DNA from: Tricharina praecox | Taxonomy: Eukaryota | Assembly (NCBI RefSeq): GCF_024521635.1 | Contig: NW_026250426.1 | Location: 186,001-250,000, forward strand | Length of the DNA stretch: 64,000 nt | Direction of reading: 5' to 3' | Shown: positions 24,423 to 38,635 of the stretch, in pieces | Layout of the letters: every line of letters begins with the position of its first letter | How positions within the stretch are numbered: position 1 is the first letter of the stretch | Notes under the pieces: model-generated | What the model was told of the DNA's origin: nothing | Seen by the model: only the letters and a program-made list of their open reading frames with translations | Database searches by the model: none | Program-made: the position numbers and the translations under genes

Positions 24423-27400
24423 ATGCATTCCTGCACTGTGCATAGCATACATAGGAGAGTTATGTAGAGTACTGCGACTCTGCGAGCGGATGGGTGGTGG
24501 TTAGTTGGTATGTAGTTGGATGCATCCGTTCTGGACTCCTGAGTCCTGAGTCCTGGGCGTTGTCGGCGTCAACGCATTCGAACGTAACCAAGTAACTACT
24601 TGGTTATAACTAGCCCCACTCGCGAGTCGCTAGAGTACTAGTAGATCGATGCTTCCCCGCATTTCTGAGCGCCTCATGACCGACGACCGTACGTACCGAT
24701 CCGTAGGTGTATAGATACCGGTTTGCTGGATGGATCGAGCACGCAGTCCAATAGGTAATCTAAAGATTTTTCGTGGATTTCTGTTTGAGAAAATAACGAC
24801 CTGTGTAGAGTACCTCTGATATCCATTCCATCGTTTAGAGTAGGTAGGCTAATTTTATTCTGTTCTATTCGGAGCTGGATGGTTTCTGGTTCTTTGGATT
24901 CTGGAACCCTTCTCTGCATATTCCTCCACATGTCAAGATTGCAACCGTCCTGAGTTGTGACGCCGTTGCGAACTTGCGAACTATATCTGAACAATGAACA
25001 CTGTGCCGGATTTAGTAGTCCCAAAAGTATGGTATATACCTAAGAAATGCTCGAAATCTGAGAAGGTATATACTCTATGTAGTATACCTATATCCGGAGC
25101 CCGGACTGACTACCGTCACAGCAGTCACAGCAGTCCAGTCACTCTGGAGTCTGGAGTCTAAAGTCCAAAATAAAGTCCATTATCCTCGCCATCTCGTCAT
25201 CTCGAATTCAGGGATTCTCGACTTCCTCCACTAAACTTTAAATGTTGGACTATAAAACCGTGCGATGTACATGTGCAGTGTGCAGTGTGCGCAGACGCCT
25301 ATCTCCCTATCTGTCTCTGCAGAAATCCACTGATGCCCGCCTGCCAGCCGTTAAATGCCGTTAAATGCCATGCCATGCCATGCCCGACATCGGAAACCAC
25401 CGCACACGACATACAACTTCACTACCCAAGTATATCAGCCCTCGCCGACACGCTTTCATATCTCGTTGCGGGTACTCTCCACGAGTCCACGGGTAACTAC
25501 GGCTCATAACTATCCTGGATTATCTAGGTATTCCGTAGATTATCTACCGTAGATTCTCTACCGTTTGTGTACATACAATAGAACTATTCGTGCTTGTGTC
25601 CGTGGCCGGCTCCGAGGCGTTCTCTCCCGACTGCTTCTGCTGCATCTCCTCTCCGCAAAAGGCTTCCGGACTGCCAGGAGACCGCAAAGTTGACTTCAAG
25701 CAGCGTACCTATGTGCGGGCTGGGAAATGTGCGGGGAATAGAGCAGTAGAAGCTGAACCGGCAATGCGTACGTACGTATGTACAAGTGCTGAACATGTAT
25801 TACACGAAGGCCCGGTATGCTCCTGAAAAACCTACACTAATCAGTCGAACCTACATACTTAGTATGGCTATACAGAATTACCGGCTGAGACCTACATACT
25901 TCCGCCGTCGTCGTACGCATGAAAAACTGCATCTGACGACTATCTACGGCCGTATACGGTAGAGGTTCCGGTGCCTACCCGTCGATGCGAGCCTGCCGTT
26001 TCCCAATCTGGTCCCGGGGTGACACCGCTCGTGTTTATGTTTGTGTCTTCGCACTTGCTCACTGCCGTAAACGACCAGTGGTGTCAGTGTGGAGAATGGT
26101 TTCCTCAATCTCGATGTCTCACCGGCGCTGCATTTACTGCACCCACGGCGCGCATGAATTCCCCAGCGCCCATCAACATGGTAATGTCTAAGGCGAGCGG
26201 CCTTTCACCAGACGAAGTCTTCCGCCAGCTTGAGCTCGACCGGGAGGAGCTAGATTTAGTCGGTGAAAGTTATAGGATTCGCGAAATTGAGGTTGTGAAA
26301 CCTTGTCGCCCGGCGGGGTGTAGGCGGTAGTTCTACAATGAACGAGCCGGCTAGGCTGCTGCATGCAGTCTCACAATCAAACATGTCGACTGTGCCCGTG
26401 TCCTTGTCGCTGCCATCCGCCGTGCTCGGAATGGGTATATCGGTTTCGCGCGGAAGTGGATGAGGGTGTGGATGTGGATGTGGAATCTGAGAATTCGACT
26501 TTCGCCCATCCACCAACCCCCGCACGGTGGACGAATACTTTATAGTACTGGATGGTGGCGCTGGCAGTTCGATAGAAGCTTCGGAGTCCTGGCATGGTGC
26601 TTTGAGAAGCGAGAAGCGAGATCCTGATGCCCCCGTGGCGTGTGTAGGCACTTCTCGATGATGTCGTTTCCTGCCTTGCTGCGACAAGTACGCTTGGGAT
26701 AGTCGACAGATGCCATGGAGTTTCTGTACGGGACCGGAGTATCCAAAGTCTAGGGAGACTCCTCGGATATATAGTTGTAAGCTCGTTCTAACGTTGTGAG
26801 CGCGCACAGCGGTGGCCGCTTGGGCCCTGGGCCTTACATACATAGGGCCGTTGACGACGTGGGGTGAAACAGAACTAAGGGTCAGGGTCAAACTTTAAAT
26901 CCCTTCCACCCCCACACCCACTTCGTTGCTCGTGATTAGGTACGGCGTGTGGCGTTGTGGCGTTAGATATAGTGAGGTGGCGCCTCAGGCGGTATTATTC
27001 TCTGGCAGACTTGATCCGAGGAGTGTGAGGACTTCACGCAAGGCTCCAAGAGGCGATTCGGAACGGATTTTCCGGTTTCGACCGACCTTATTCATGGAAG
27101 TGTGTTCCACGCTCAACTTTCAAGGACGTTTCTACGAGAGGAGGGGATTGTGTAAACGTGTACATGTTTGCACATATTGGATCCCATAGCGGTCATTTGT
27201 AGCTGGTCGTGGTGTAGTGGCAATACATTCACTGCTCCAGGTACCTATGCGGCAGTGGGGGAGGAGAATTTGACTCTCTTTGCTACCGTATCGATGGTAC
27301 CGTAGTGACATAGAATCAGTACAGTCGAAATCCGTGTTTTGTACCCTGATACAATAACAACATACAGTACTAACGTAATCTAGCATCCTAGATCCAATCT

Positions 27401-30400
27401 TTTGACTTCAAGCAGGGACGAGTCCAAGAGTTAGAGTATCAAACTCCCAGTCCGCTCATCACTGGCTTTTACAAAGTTGCTGCACCGCCTCAACCTCCAC
27501 CACTAATATCTCCCGGTACTGAGTGTATTTATGCTTTCCTACATATCATGCGTATTAGCATCAAGCTAACCCTTCTCCTCAAGTCTCGATACACACTATT
27601 CCGACCGACACCGCTTCTTACCCGACGATAGCATGGCCCCGTATGCACGGGAAGAAATGAAGGCTACAAACTCCAGCCTATGTACAACACCCGAGGCCCT
27701 GATACGCTGTCCGGCCACGATAAAATTTCCGAGGACAGCACTACAAAGTGCTCTACTCGTGTCCTGCCATAAATTTTCTGCGCACGAAGATACCAGCAGT
27801 CACAAATCTCTCCACAACATGTGACGCACAACTTGACCGTCTCAGCCCCCTCGGATGACATGTTGTCCACCCCGGCGTCGCTTTTCGCTAGTGCGGCTTA
27901 CATCACGAACGATGCATGACCGTAATCCTATCCGGCTCGACAGGAGAGCAGAGCAGAGCAAATGGAGCAGCAGCAGGGTGCAAAGGGAGCCTTGTGTGCA
28001 GTTCCTCTAGCGAGAGGAAAACAGCCGAGAACGAGAAGGAGCAGGAGAAGGAGGAGGAGGAACGCGCAGCATCGCTCGCCATTGCTTGCACTGGTAATTG
28101 CCTCACGAAACAGCTCACCTGTATATTGTTGCGTGTCATGGGCTGAGATAGCGAGGAATCTTCCCTCCCGCTGACTCGTGGAAACAGCCGTGCACTTTGC
28201 TTTGCCGTGCACAGGAAGATTACTGCATACGACGTGCGGGTGCGCTCCTGGGTAGTTGGGCAGCACCAGGTATACGGTATTTACTATTCACATCAAGAGG
28301 AGGAGTGCGGCCAGAGACCGTCCCATCGTTGGAGTCGATCATTGGAAGAAGGTACCCGAGTCCTCGTCCCCCTCTACGGTACCCAGTACAGCCACTCACC
28401 GATATAGGTTCTATATAGTAGTTCGTCTATCTCACGCGCCCCTCGAAGAGCCTGGTCCCGCGCAATCTGAACATTAAACCACTCCGTCCGAAGCAATGAC
28501 CAACCAGCGGCGGAACCCATCGAAATACTATATCATCCTTAGGCCCTCCCTTCCTTCCTTCATTCGCTGGTTTTCCGAGCCGCTTGCCTAGGCCGCCTCC
28601 AAACTTGATGGTCCCAATGGCGGATCTGGCCGAGCAAGTGCGCGGACTCCTGGGACTGCTTCGAAGAGCTTGGGAAGGAGGTGGGGGCTGGGATTTCGGG
28701 TGCTTCAGCTTGGGGGCTCGTTGAGAAAAGATATTACGGATCTGTAGTATCTATGATGCCTACTATGATAGTAGTCGGAGACTTTCCATGAGTCCACAGA
28801 CTGCAGATAGATGTTCGACAGAGAAAACTTAGTTCCTTATGAGCTCTTCCGTATTTCAGTCCATCCGCTCCGTCAAAGCTCATGGAGCCACACCTAAGAG
28901 ACAGCCAAAAAACCTTAGATATCTCAGTAGAACTCGCGCCAGAGCTCTAAATGGTAAAACCATTTTGATCCAAATCCCATATTCCGGGCAATACCTCGAA
29001 TCCCATCCATCTACGATCTAGAATACCGTGCAGCCATGTGCTAATCACGCGTGCTTTTTTTATTTTTATTTTGCGCCGTGATCAAATGTTGTTTCTATTT
29101 CCTTGTTTGTACTCTACTGTGCGTACGATTGCTACTGTTCTTGCTACTACTACTACCACTACTGCTCTAGCAGTGCACAAGGCTTCCACCGTCCAGGGTT
29201 CCCCTCTCCAGACTCCGATAAGCACGCAAGTAGCTGCAGCCGGCCTGCTATCCATCCATCCCCCAATCCCCCACAGGGCCCGTGCCGCTTGCAGTACTAG
29301 AGTACGGTACCGGTACCGCACCGATCTTTGTGCTACATACCGGTACGAATCTCTCGCCTATGTACTCTCATTTGCTGTGGGGGCCAGCTGCCAGCGGGAG
29401 GGGGTTGGTCTGGGCTTGGTTGTCATGGGCGGGTACTTGGGTACCTACTCTAGTGACAAGTGTATGCATGCAGAAATGTAGTTACTCGCGTTGCTGCCTA
29501 GACCTAGTACCAGTACACAGGTATATGTCGCGCGAAACGATAGCCAACCAGCCATGGTGGGCCCTGGCCTGGCCTGGGGTGAATGAGCCATCGGTGCTTC
29601 ACGCCGTGATATCGCGTTGCCCATGTCTGACGGCTTGTTTGTGTCCGTTCGTGTGGGGGAGGTCACGAGGCGGGGGTGGTCACGGGGAGGCGGGAGATGC
29701 GGGAGCCGAAACGATGATGCCCGCCCATTTTTTCCACATCCAGATCCAGATTCCGCAAGGCCTTTCGCACCTTACATACGACATATGACAGGTAGCCATA
29801 TCTAGAGACTACCTAGAGTACCGGCGGAAGATGCGGCCGTACTTTGCGCTGCTGGAGAAGGTCACGCTGCCCTGTCTTCGGGCGAGAACGTGAACGTTAC
29901 GCCGATGGGGAAATAAACAACATTTCCCATCCCCCTCCCCCCCACCCGCCCGCCCCCGCCGCCGCCTGGCTCGCCTGCCTGCCTGGCCCGGATTCCAGTC
30001 CGACGCGTGATGTTTCGGCCTTCAGCTGTGCCAATCTTTAAATCGTGGATCTTCAGCTAGCTACATAGCATCGGGATTCGGGCCTGTGGCTAATGAGCCA
30101 ATATCTAACTACCTAATCTAACTACGATCACCAGCCCAGCTCAGCTATGGCAGTGGTACCTATACCTATCCATAGGTTATCAATCGGAAGTATCATATCT
30201 AAGTACCCAGGTAGTATGCACCGCGATATCAAACACCGTGCCCAGTCGGTATGTGGGAGAGAAAAGCTTACCTACCTGCTCTACCTGAAACAATCTCTTT
30301 GCTTCCAGCCCCCCGTAAAGGGAAGTAGTATACGTCGTTCGTTCGTGTCAGCTCACGCTGACGCCGAATAAAATCTTTCCAGAGCGTTTCGCCACCTATG

Positions 30401-33400
30401 TACGGTAGTGTACCTTACCTTGCTGGTAGATCCGCACGACCCAAGATCCGACGCTGGCTGGCAGACTGGCAGACGGGGAGCAGTAGCTCCTTACGCCTAT
30501 GCAGTCCCGATTACAACGTCGTGTTCGCACGCACGCCATGGGCAGCTGTTGTGGTCGTGGTTGTTGCGCATGGACAGCTGTGATTCTGGTGATGGTCTTT
30601 GTGCGCTGGCTGGTCGGAAGAAACAGCCAGCTCACGACCATGGGAATGCACTTGGAGTTCAGCCGTACCTGCCTATCCACAGGCTACCGCACCGTGCTGT
30701 CCGTGCTGTCCTCCGGAGATATATGCCCATGTAACTATAGTCTATGATACGGTGGCTAAGGACTGCCAGCTGTAAAGTAGGTACGGTAGGTATTTCTGTA
30801 TGTACCTAGGTAACCACTCTACCGTACTCCGGCGATTGCTGCCTTGCAGCACGCCAGCGGCCAGCAGCCAGACAACTGAATCCCCCATCCCCTCCATCCA
30901 GTGCTCAAAAACATGCGCAGATTACAAGCATCACACAAACTCCTCTATCTTTCGCACCTTCACCGAGTCCATTGCAATTGGCCAAACCACAACCCGCTCG
31001 CGCACCCATCCACAGCCAACCAGCAAACCTCCCCAAGCCGGCCTGGACTTGGCCGTGGGGCATGGGCATGGCCTTCCGATTGGGGCGATAGCGCACGGGG
31101 CTCGCGACGGAATGATCGACGTCATATATTAACTACTCTCCTACTCTACTGAGAGGCGAGTTCTGTAAAGTGCAGCGTCAGCCTTAAACGAGTGATTGGG
31201 ACATGTTTCACACTGACTCGCAATGCCGAGAGAAGCCTACGGAGGGCACGTGAGGTCGGTAGGACGGGTGAGAATGCGTGATGAGCGAGCCGGTGGTCAC
31301 CATGGCTTCGGGTTGCGGGGTGTGAGTCCGTGCTCGGTCGAATTGGCCCGAGCTTTGGGGTGCATCGCAGATGGAAGAGCAGGGCTGGAAGCTACGTGTA
31401 CTATAAATGTGCTTCCGATAACTGCTTATCTCCTCCTTGTCCCGCATGGGCTCTGTTCGAGGTCGCAGTCTGGTTGGGCCACAGTGGGTTGAATTGAACG
31501 GGAATGTTGCCCGATCACCGGTTCCATCAGCCGTGAAAGAGTGCTGGAAGGAGATCTTTAGAACAACGCCCGGAGGCCGGAGCTTCATCACTCCCAGGGC
31601 TGAAAAGCCTTCATTACCAATCTTCTCACATTTGTCTCCAACGTCAGATCACAAAACCACACTTACACTCACCGTGCTCCCTTCCGGGATGCGGGCACAC
31701 GGATAATTGTAATCAACCGCGCATTCGCTCGTCAGCACGGATGCCCTGGTTCCGATTCCTGCGGGGTACAGCCTTACAGGAAGACTGAGTTGACATAGGC
31801 ACCCCCGGTGGAACCAGGGCCATTTCTCGGTGCTCCATATCGAACCCCCCCCCATCACTAGCCGCCCTTATTCCCGTAGATGTGCGTCGAGGGTGGGGGT
31901 CTGAAGTCCGAAATTGAAGCTGCTACTGCCCCTGGTCTCTCGCAACGTCGACTCCGTCAATAGTGAACGACGGGAGACTCCACGGATCTCTGAGCTTCCG
32001 CCAACGCCTCGGACCCATGCTTGGCTATGGCCTCGGCGCTCACGCCAGCTCCGCATACCTCCCGTCGTGCGACTGTGGAAACTGGGCGTGCAGCTTCGGC
32101 TCATCGGCCGAGGCATCGATAAGAAACAGGAACTGGGATTCCAGACTTTTAGTGCACCTCGCGGTTGGTTTTCGACGACGGCCGGTGGCGGCGGACGGGC
32201 CAAATTCCTAAGCGCGCCTGACGCAGGCGATACTCGGGGTTCCAGGAGCGTAAAGACTCTTAACTGTGTGGCGCCGGTGGTCATTCGGAATATACCGTCG
32301 AGGGCTGAGATTGTGGTAGTGACAGTGACAATACCCAGTGCCGCGTGTCGTGGGCGGAATGGGCTTGGACATCTGCCATCGTGAGAATGGAACTGTGTGG
32401 AACCTCCTTCAGCTCGCTCTAGCTCTGCCAATCCCCCGAACCAAACTCCTGCGACTGAGCGTTTACAGCAGCCTGCCATCCTCCTCGATACCAAGTCTGA
32501 GTTTCTAGGTAGTTCAGTGAGGCTTCAACCTCCGTCCTCCAGGGCTACAATGCCATCCCCGCCAGATCTCCGACCATCATGCAGTTGTGTATGGACGAGT
32601 CCACTGTCCACGCAGCAGCCGGCCATAGTGCCCAACAGAGAATTCCACCGATCCTCGATGATGTGAATGCCTGGCCTAGTGCAGGAGGTGGTTATGTATA
32701 ACTTACTCTTCGGCGTCGGCACCGAGTCCGTATGTGTGTAAGTAAGTAAGTACATAATGTACTGTGGTTAGAGATTCATTTGTCACTGGGGGGCAGCAGC
32801 CAGCTGCGTATTGCGTATTGCGTACGCATGATCTGCTGTCAGACGGCATTAACTACAGTGCTGCTGCTGCTGCTGCAATATGCGATGGTTAGCCTGACGG
32901 GAGTTGGGCAGCCTATCACCATCACGGCCGACACCGACACCGTAAAGCCAGCCAGTCCTGTATAGTTACGCGCGTACTGTTGGGCTGAGGTATGCAACTC
33001 CGGCCTCGCCACTTTCCCACGCATAACTATCGTCCACCATCCACTATCTGCGGCAGTACTCAGCTGACGACTGCTCTGGATAAGCGCGCGTTCACACCGT
33101 GCCGCACGAGCACTGTTAAGTCCAGCCGTTCGTTCATGCATTCCACGCACTGACGCCGGAGAGGGCGGGGAGGATTTGCCAAAAGCAAGTGGTTCGATGA
33201 TACACCCCGACACAGCTCACTCACCCATCCGTTTTCTGGGATAGAGTGCTCATGATCTGTCGATGCTGTCTGCCTGCCTGCAGGATATATTGGAGGAGAA
33301 CATCTCCCCCATCGGCAGTGGCAGTGGCCCATGCGCTCGTCATGAAGGTGGGAAAAAGCACGGTACACAGAGTACTATCAATAGTGGTGTGGATTACCCC

Positions 33401-34536
33401 ATCGATATCTAACCTACCCCGCAATTTCGTGCACCCACATCCTTCTCGCCATGCCGTATTTCGTTTTTCCTGTTCTTATTTTTTATTTTTTCTTCATTCT
33501 TTTTTTTCAGCCCGCTAGTTAGCACTCCTCGCGTGGGTTGGCTGGCGGTGAGAAAGCAGTGTCGGATCGAGCTGAACGTGATCTGGGCGTGATCTGGGCG
33601 TTCGAGTGGGAATTACTATCCAGCGTGCTGTTGCTACCTAAAAGTGTAGCTATTCACAACATCTCGACTGTACGTCACGGTTGGGCAGAGCGAGCATTCC
33701 GGTGTCGACCGCTAATATTGGGCGGGAGCGGGGTGACGGGGGCGGGGGATGCAGCCTTGCATCGGCTGGTGGCCTGCTGCCTGGAGAGGCAGAGACAGAG
33801 ACAGAGGGAGCCTTATACGGCAGTCACTGGGGCAGTCATTCCGTGGGCTGCGGACTGCCGAGGGGTTGGGGATGTACTCGGGCGTAAGGGTAAGTGCTGC
33901 CTCACTAGTTTTTCCCCCATACAACTTAGTCACAGCCACTCACTCATTTGACTGTATCTGGCTTAGTTATAATTTGTAATGGTGGTGAGGCATCACTTAT
34001 TGGCAGCTCCTGGTACACACATACACACATACACACATATGGGCATGTAGTGGTTCTGTCGGGGATCGTCCTCACGTGTGGCTGCGGACTGCAGTGCAGG
34101 GCTAGGGTAGAGTAGAGTAGAGTAATTGCTCCGTGGATGCATGCTGACCTGACCGGTGGTCGATGGTCGATGGCCTTGTGCGCCTGTGGCTGGTTGTGGC
34201 TGTGGATGTGGATGCAGTGCTGCAGGCATGCAGCGCTGCACGTGTTTGCTGCCCGCGGGGGCACTGGCGACGGTGCATGGGTGGGAGAACTCGCTTGCAA
34301 GCAGGAGTGGGAGCTGGCAGAATTATTGCGTGTCATTGTCATCGACGCTGGTACAACCCAGCCAGCGGATTATCCATATACTCTCACTCGACATGGAATG
34401 CAAAACTATGAACCCCCAAAAAGTGAATCACTATGCCAGTTGATCCTAGCTGCCATTCGGACTAAAGTTTGAGCGGGCTAAATGAGCTTTGTGAATAGTC
34501 CGCTACGGCGATGTTCCAACTTGTCCCTACCATAGC

Positions 34537-35212
34537 AAAGATGTGGCCGGCCGGCCGGGCCATACCATACCCACACTGCTGTCTCTTCATCCGCAGTTTC
34601 GACAGCTAACACGATCCACGACGACTTCCAACGTTCACGTAGTTTCAGTTTCACTTCCCCAAAACCTCTGAGATCCATACGATGTATGTCTAGGATCTCT
34701 ATTCCCCCTCCCCGTTTCCCCGCCACTGTCCAACCCAACTTTCACCGAGCGGCCTGATGTGGCTTTCCCTGCCCTCCGCCCCGGCCTGTCCATATCAACC
34801 CATATTCTCCCATATCCTCCCATATCCTCCCATATCAATCCGCATTTCCCCATATCCACCAATATCAATCCATATCCTCCCATATCAATCCATATCGATC
34901 CATATCCGCCCATAGCAAGCCCATATCCAACCACATCCAGCTATATCTAGTCATATCAATCTGTATTCTCCCATATCCTCCGATGCCCTAGCCTCCAGTG
35001 CGGTCCAGGTAGTCCCTTGGAAAGACGGCGCCGACCGGACCATGCCATACACTGCTACCGGTACTGCCGTCTTTGCATCCGCAGTTTGCCAGCCATCACG
35101 AAATTTTCGGACATTCACGTGGTTTCACTTCCCCAAAACCTCAAAACCTCTGAGGTCCATGCGATATATGTCTTATGTCTTTAGTATCTCTATCCCCCTG
35201 CCCGCCCGTCCC
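34537..35212. repeat. ~180-bp degenerate direct repeats flanking a 10-bp-period CCATATCnnn minisatellite
   Basis: Repeat copies at about 34537-34720 and 35021-35212 share GTTTCACTTCCCCAAAACCTC (34648, 35122) and CATCCGCAGTTT (34588, 35076). About 19 CCATATC-type units lie at 34790-34980. Confidence 0.85.
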
Positions 35213-35503
35213 CATTACATACCACCCTCACCACCACGTGCACCCATCAGTTGCCTAGCATACATACACCATCGGTCCTTCGCTCTACCCTCCACTGTAC
35301 TAGTAGCATACACCCACCCATCCTTCCAACCGCAATGCCAATACCTATAAACAAGCCTCCCTCATCGAAGCGAAGCAGAAACAAAAATCAAACTACAACC
35401 GTATAAGTGCGTGCAAGAGTATATCCACCTAAACGAAAAGAAAAGAAAAGAAAAAACCAGACGCGAAAGCGAAAGCGAAAGAAAAACGGAAAACACCACC
35501 CCA

Positions 35504-38500
35504 CTACCCGACCACGCCCCTCCTCAGCGCCTCGAGGGTCTCCTCATACGCGCCGGGCGAGTGATCGCCAAAGCATCGTTTGGCAAAAGTGACCTCACCA
35601 AACCGATTCTCGACATCCTCAACCACCCACGCTCTGACGCGCTTCTTCCCGGCGGTATCCGGATCCGTCGCGGCGACCCTCCAGACCTCACCGGGCGGGA
35701 CAAGTTTCTCCGCGGTCATTCCGGCACGCAGAGTCTTGAGCACGGCGACCTCCCAGCTCCACTCCTCGCTGTTATTGTTGCCGTACCAGAGGCCTGCAAG
35801 GAAGCGCCGGCGGATCTCGGCGAGCACGCCGCCCGTGTCTTCGCGGAAACTTAGCGCGACGCTGTGGAAATCGCGGATTACGCCGATCGAGAGGCTGGGC
35901 ACCACGTCGTTGCCGTTTACGACGGTCGTGACCAGCCCCCGTGTAGCTTTGCGCAGGCGCTCGCACACGATCGCCGGTGAGCCGAAGGCGTAGCAGTGGA
36001 TCGGCCGGCCTTGCGGGAGCGAGTCGTGCGCCGTCGTGAATACCGCCGAGTCGTCCGGCGAGGAGATCAGTATGCTGACTAGCGCTGCGACACCGGCGCC
36101 GAGTGAGTGCCCAGTTAGAACCAGGCCGTAGTCGGGGTAGTTGGCTAGAGTGGTTGCGAGTGATCCGAGGAGGCGCGAGCGCAGGAGGAGGACCGCGGAG
36201 TTGTACATGCCCTTATGGACGCGATAGTTGCTGCCACGTATTGATATGGTGGTGTATTCACATGTGAGATCGGTCAGAACGTCTTCGAGTCCGAGTGTAC
36301 CACGGCACGTGACGACAATTGCCGCGGCTTCGTGGTCTACGCACATAAAATGGACCAGTGGCCGACCAGTACCTGTGTGACCAGCGGAGTCGAATCCACC
36401 GCTGGGGTCATAGTGCGATGATAGCAGGATAGTGTCCACCGGGAGCGAGGTGTGGAAACTGAATGCCTGGTGCTCTAGATGGTGATTGCGCTCAGTGGGC
36501 GCCAAAAACTGAGAGCCCAGGAGGAGCCGCATGAATTGCACACCGTACGAAGCGGCAGCGAAACGAATGTACTTTCTAAGGTTGTGCAACAGATGGCAAG
36601 ATGAGGGGTAGAATGGGCCCGGGTGTTCGGTAGTGGGCGGAGTGTACAGGAGGTGCAGTGAGGTGGACGAGTGAGAAGTATGAAGCGTGTAGACCGACGG
36701 CACATACTGTTTGTGCGGGGATGAATACATGTCGCCGTCGTACGACGTCATGGAAATAGCGCTGCTCGGTCGTGGCGGCAGTTCCCGCCGGGGTGAGTGT
36801 AGAGAGTGGATGCTGACAAAAGGCTCATGATGGGTGGTCGTCGTGGAAGTGAAAGATCCACGGCGGTAGTGGTGTCGTGCGGACGGACTGTAGCGTGCGT
36901 CGGGGGAGGTAGGACGCGAAGTGATGGATGACCGCCGACTGTGTACCTTGGTCGGTGATGTCTGGGGGGGCGTCAAGACGTTGATTGCAGAAATTGAGCG
37001 TTGCATACTATGTTTCTCGCTGTTCTTGTTCTCTTTGTTCGGGCTCGGGGTGCTGTGAAAGACAGGAGGAGAGAACGCTTTCCTAAGGGCGCCGCCGAAC
37101 CCCTTTTCTTTCGCCCTTTCCTTCTCCTTCTCCCGCTCCCTTTCCCTTTCCCTTTCCCTCTCCCTCTCCCTTTCCCGTGCCTTCTCTTTCTTCTTCTCCT
37201 TCTCCACCGACGGCAGTGAATTGGCCCTTTTCTTTGGCTGGTTTGCAGCAGCCGGCCGTGGAAGGGCCGACGGCGACGAAACCCTGGTCTTCTTAGGAAC
37301 CGGAGGCGGTCGATCCGTATCAGAGTCTGACAGTGGGGCCTTGTCCTCCGCCTTCATGTCTCTCCGTCTGCTCCTCTCATGTTTACCCAAAGTATCCTTC
37401 TTCGGCGCCATCTTCGTCTTTTCATCATTCGCCGTGTTCTCTATCTCGATTACACGCTGCTCGTCGGCAATCCTGGCATCCTCTCCCGCCGGTGCCGGCA
37501 CATCCACCATTTCCAGCTCGCCACCATCCTCCCTCCTCAGCCGCTTGCTCTGCTCGTTCCGTGTGACCGTCTCGTAGACGATTTTATACCTTTGCTTCCC
37601 GTCGTTCTGCGAGCTCTCACTCAGTATCACAGCGCCGGGCGGGGGTGTGAAATCCGGCGGACTCGTGCCAACCACCTCGATGGTGGTGGTGGAGGTAGTA
37701 TTCGACGTGGTCGACACCGTAATCTCCGCGTTGGGCGGAAACTTATCGAACAGCATTGACGGCAGGAGGTTATCGTCCGACCCGCGTCGATCCATGCCGA
37801 AGTCACCGGCGGCGTCCCTGCGATCCAGCTCCGTGGGCTCCGCTGTAGCAGAAACCGGCGGAGTCGCATCAACCACCACATCCCACATCAACCGGCCGCC
37901 GGTTACGGCCTCCGCGTCCAGGCGCGCGTGCGTACGGTACTGCAGGATCGCGAAGCATGTCAACCCCGCCACGATGTCCCGCATGCCGACTTCGCCATCG
38001 TGCTCAGACGAGTCCTTGAACTCCTCGGTCACCAGCTTGATGATCTCGGAGATTGCGCGGGACGTCTCGGTGGAGCCAAAGATTGAGTCGAGGGTGAGAA
38101 CGTATGTCTCGGCGAGGGCGGAGACGCTCGACAGCGTGGTCTGGCCGAGCTCGAAGGCCGTGGACAGGATCAGCTCCGTCAGCGAGATGGACGTGTTGAA
38201 GGCCGTCAACTAATGCAAGTCATCCAGCCGTCGTTAGCTGTTTTGCAATTGCCGGGGTTGTGTGAGGGGTTGCGTGTGTGGGGAAGGAGGGAAGAGGCTA
38301 TTTACTCCTTTCGTTGCCCAGCCCTCGACCTCTGCTTCGCGTCCGCGGCGCACAACCACTCCCTTCTGTCCCCGGCGCACAATGCCCTCAACGGCGGCCC
38401 GCGACAGCTCCAATGATGTCATTGTGCCCGAGCGCGCGGTGTCCAACAGCGTCGCGCCGACCTTCGAGCCGATGCGTATCGAGATGCTGGTGGACTTCGA

Positions 38501-38635
38501 GAATAGCGACACCATTGCGGCTACCGACGCGGGTAGCAGCGTTGGCCCGGTTGGCGGGGTGTAGTGCGGGATGGTCATGACGGTGGACGAGGTTGCGGTT
38601 GCGACATTTTTCTGCTGCGAACCTGAGGAGAGCAT
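35504..38635 (-). CDS. Class-3 lipase (diacylglycerol-lipase-like)
   Basis: Lipase motifs CRGTLGLEDVLTD, VHKGM, LVLTGHSLGAG (GxSxG), YAFGSP and NGNDVVPSL, plus a C-terminal DH. Intron 38305-38210 (GTAAAT..GCTAAC..TAG). The centre is low-complexity, with an (RE)n tract. Confidence 0.9.

Noticed and set aside
34790..34980. CRISPR-like array
   Set aside because: The units are 10 bp with no unique spacers, there are no cas genes, and the context is eukaryotic. It is a minisatellite.
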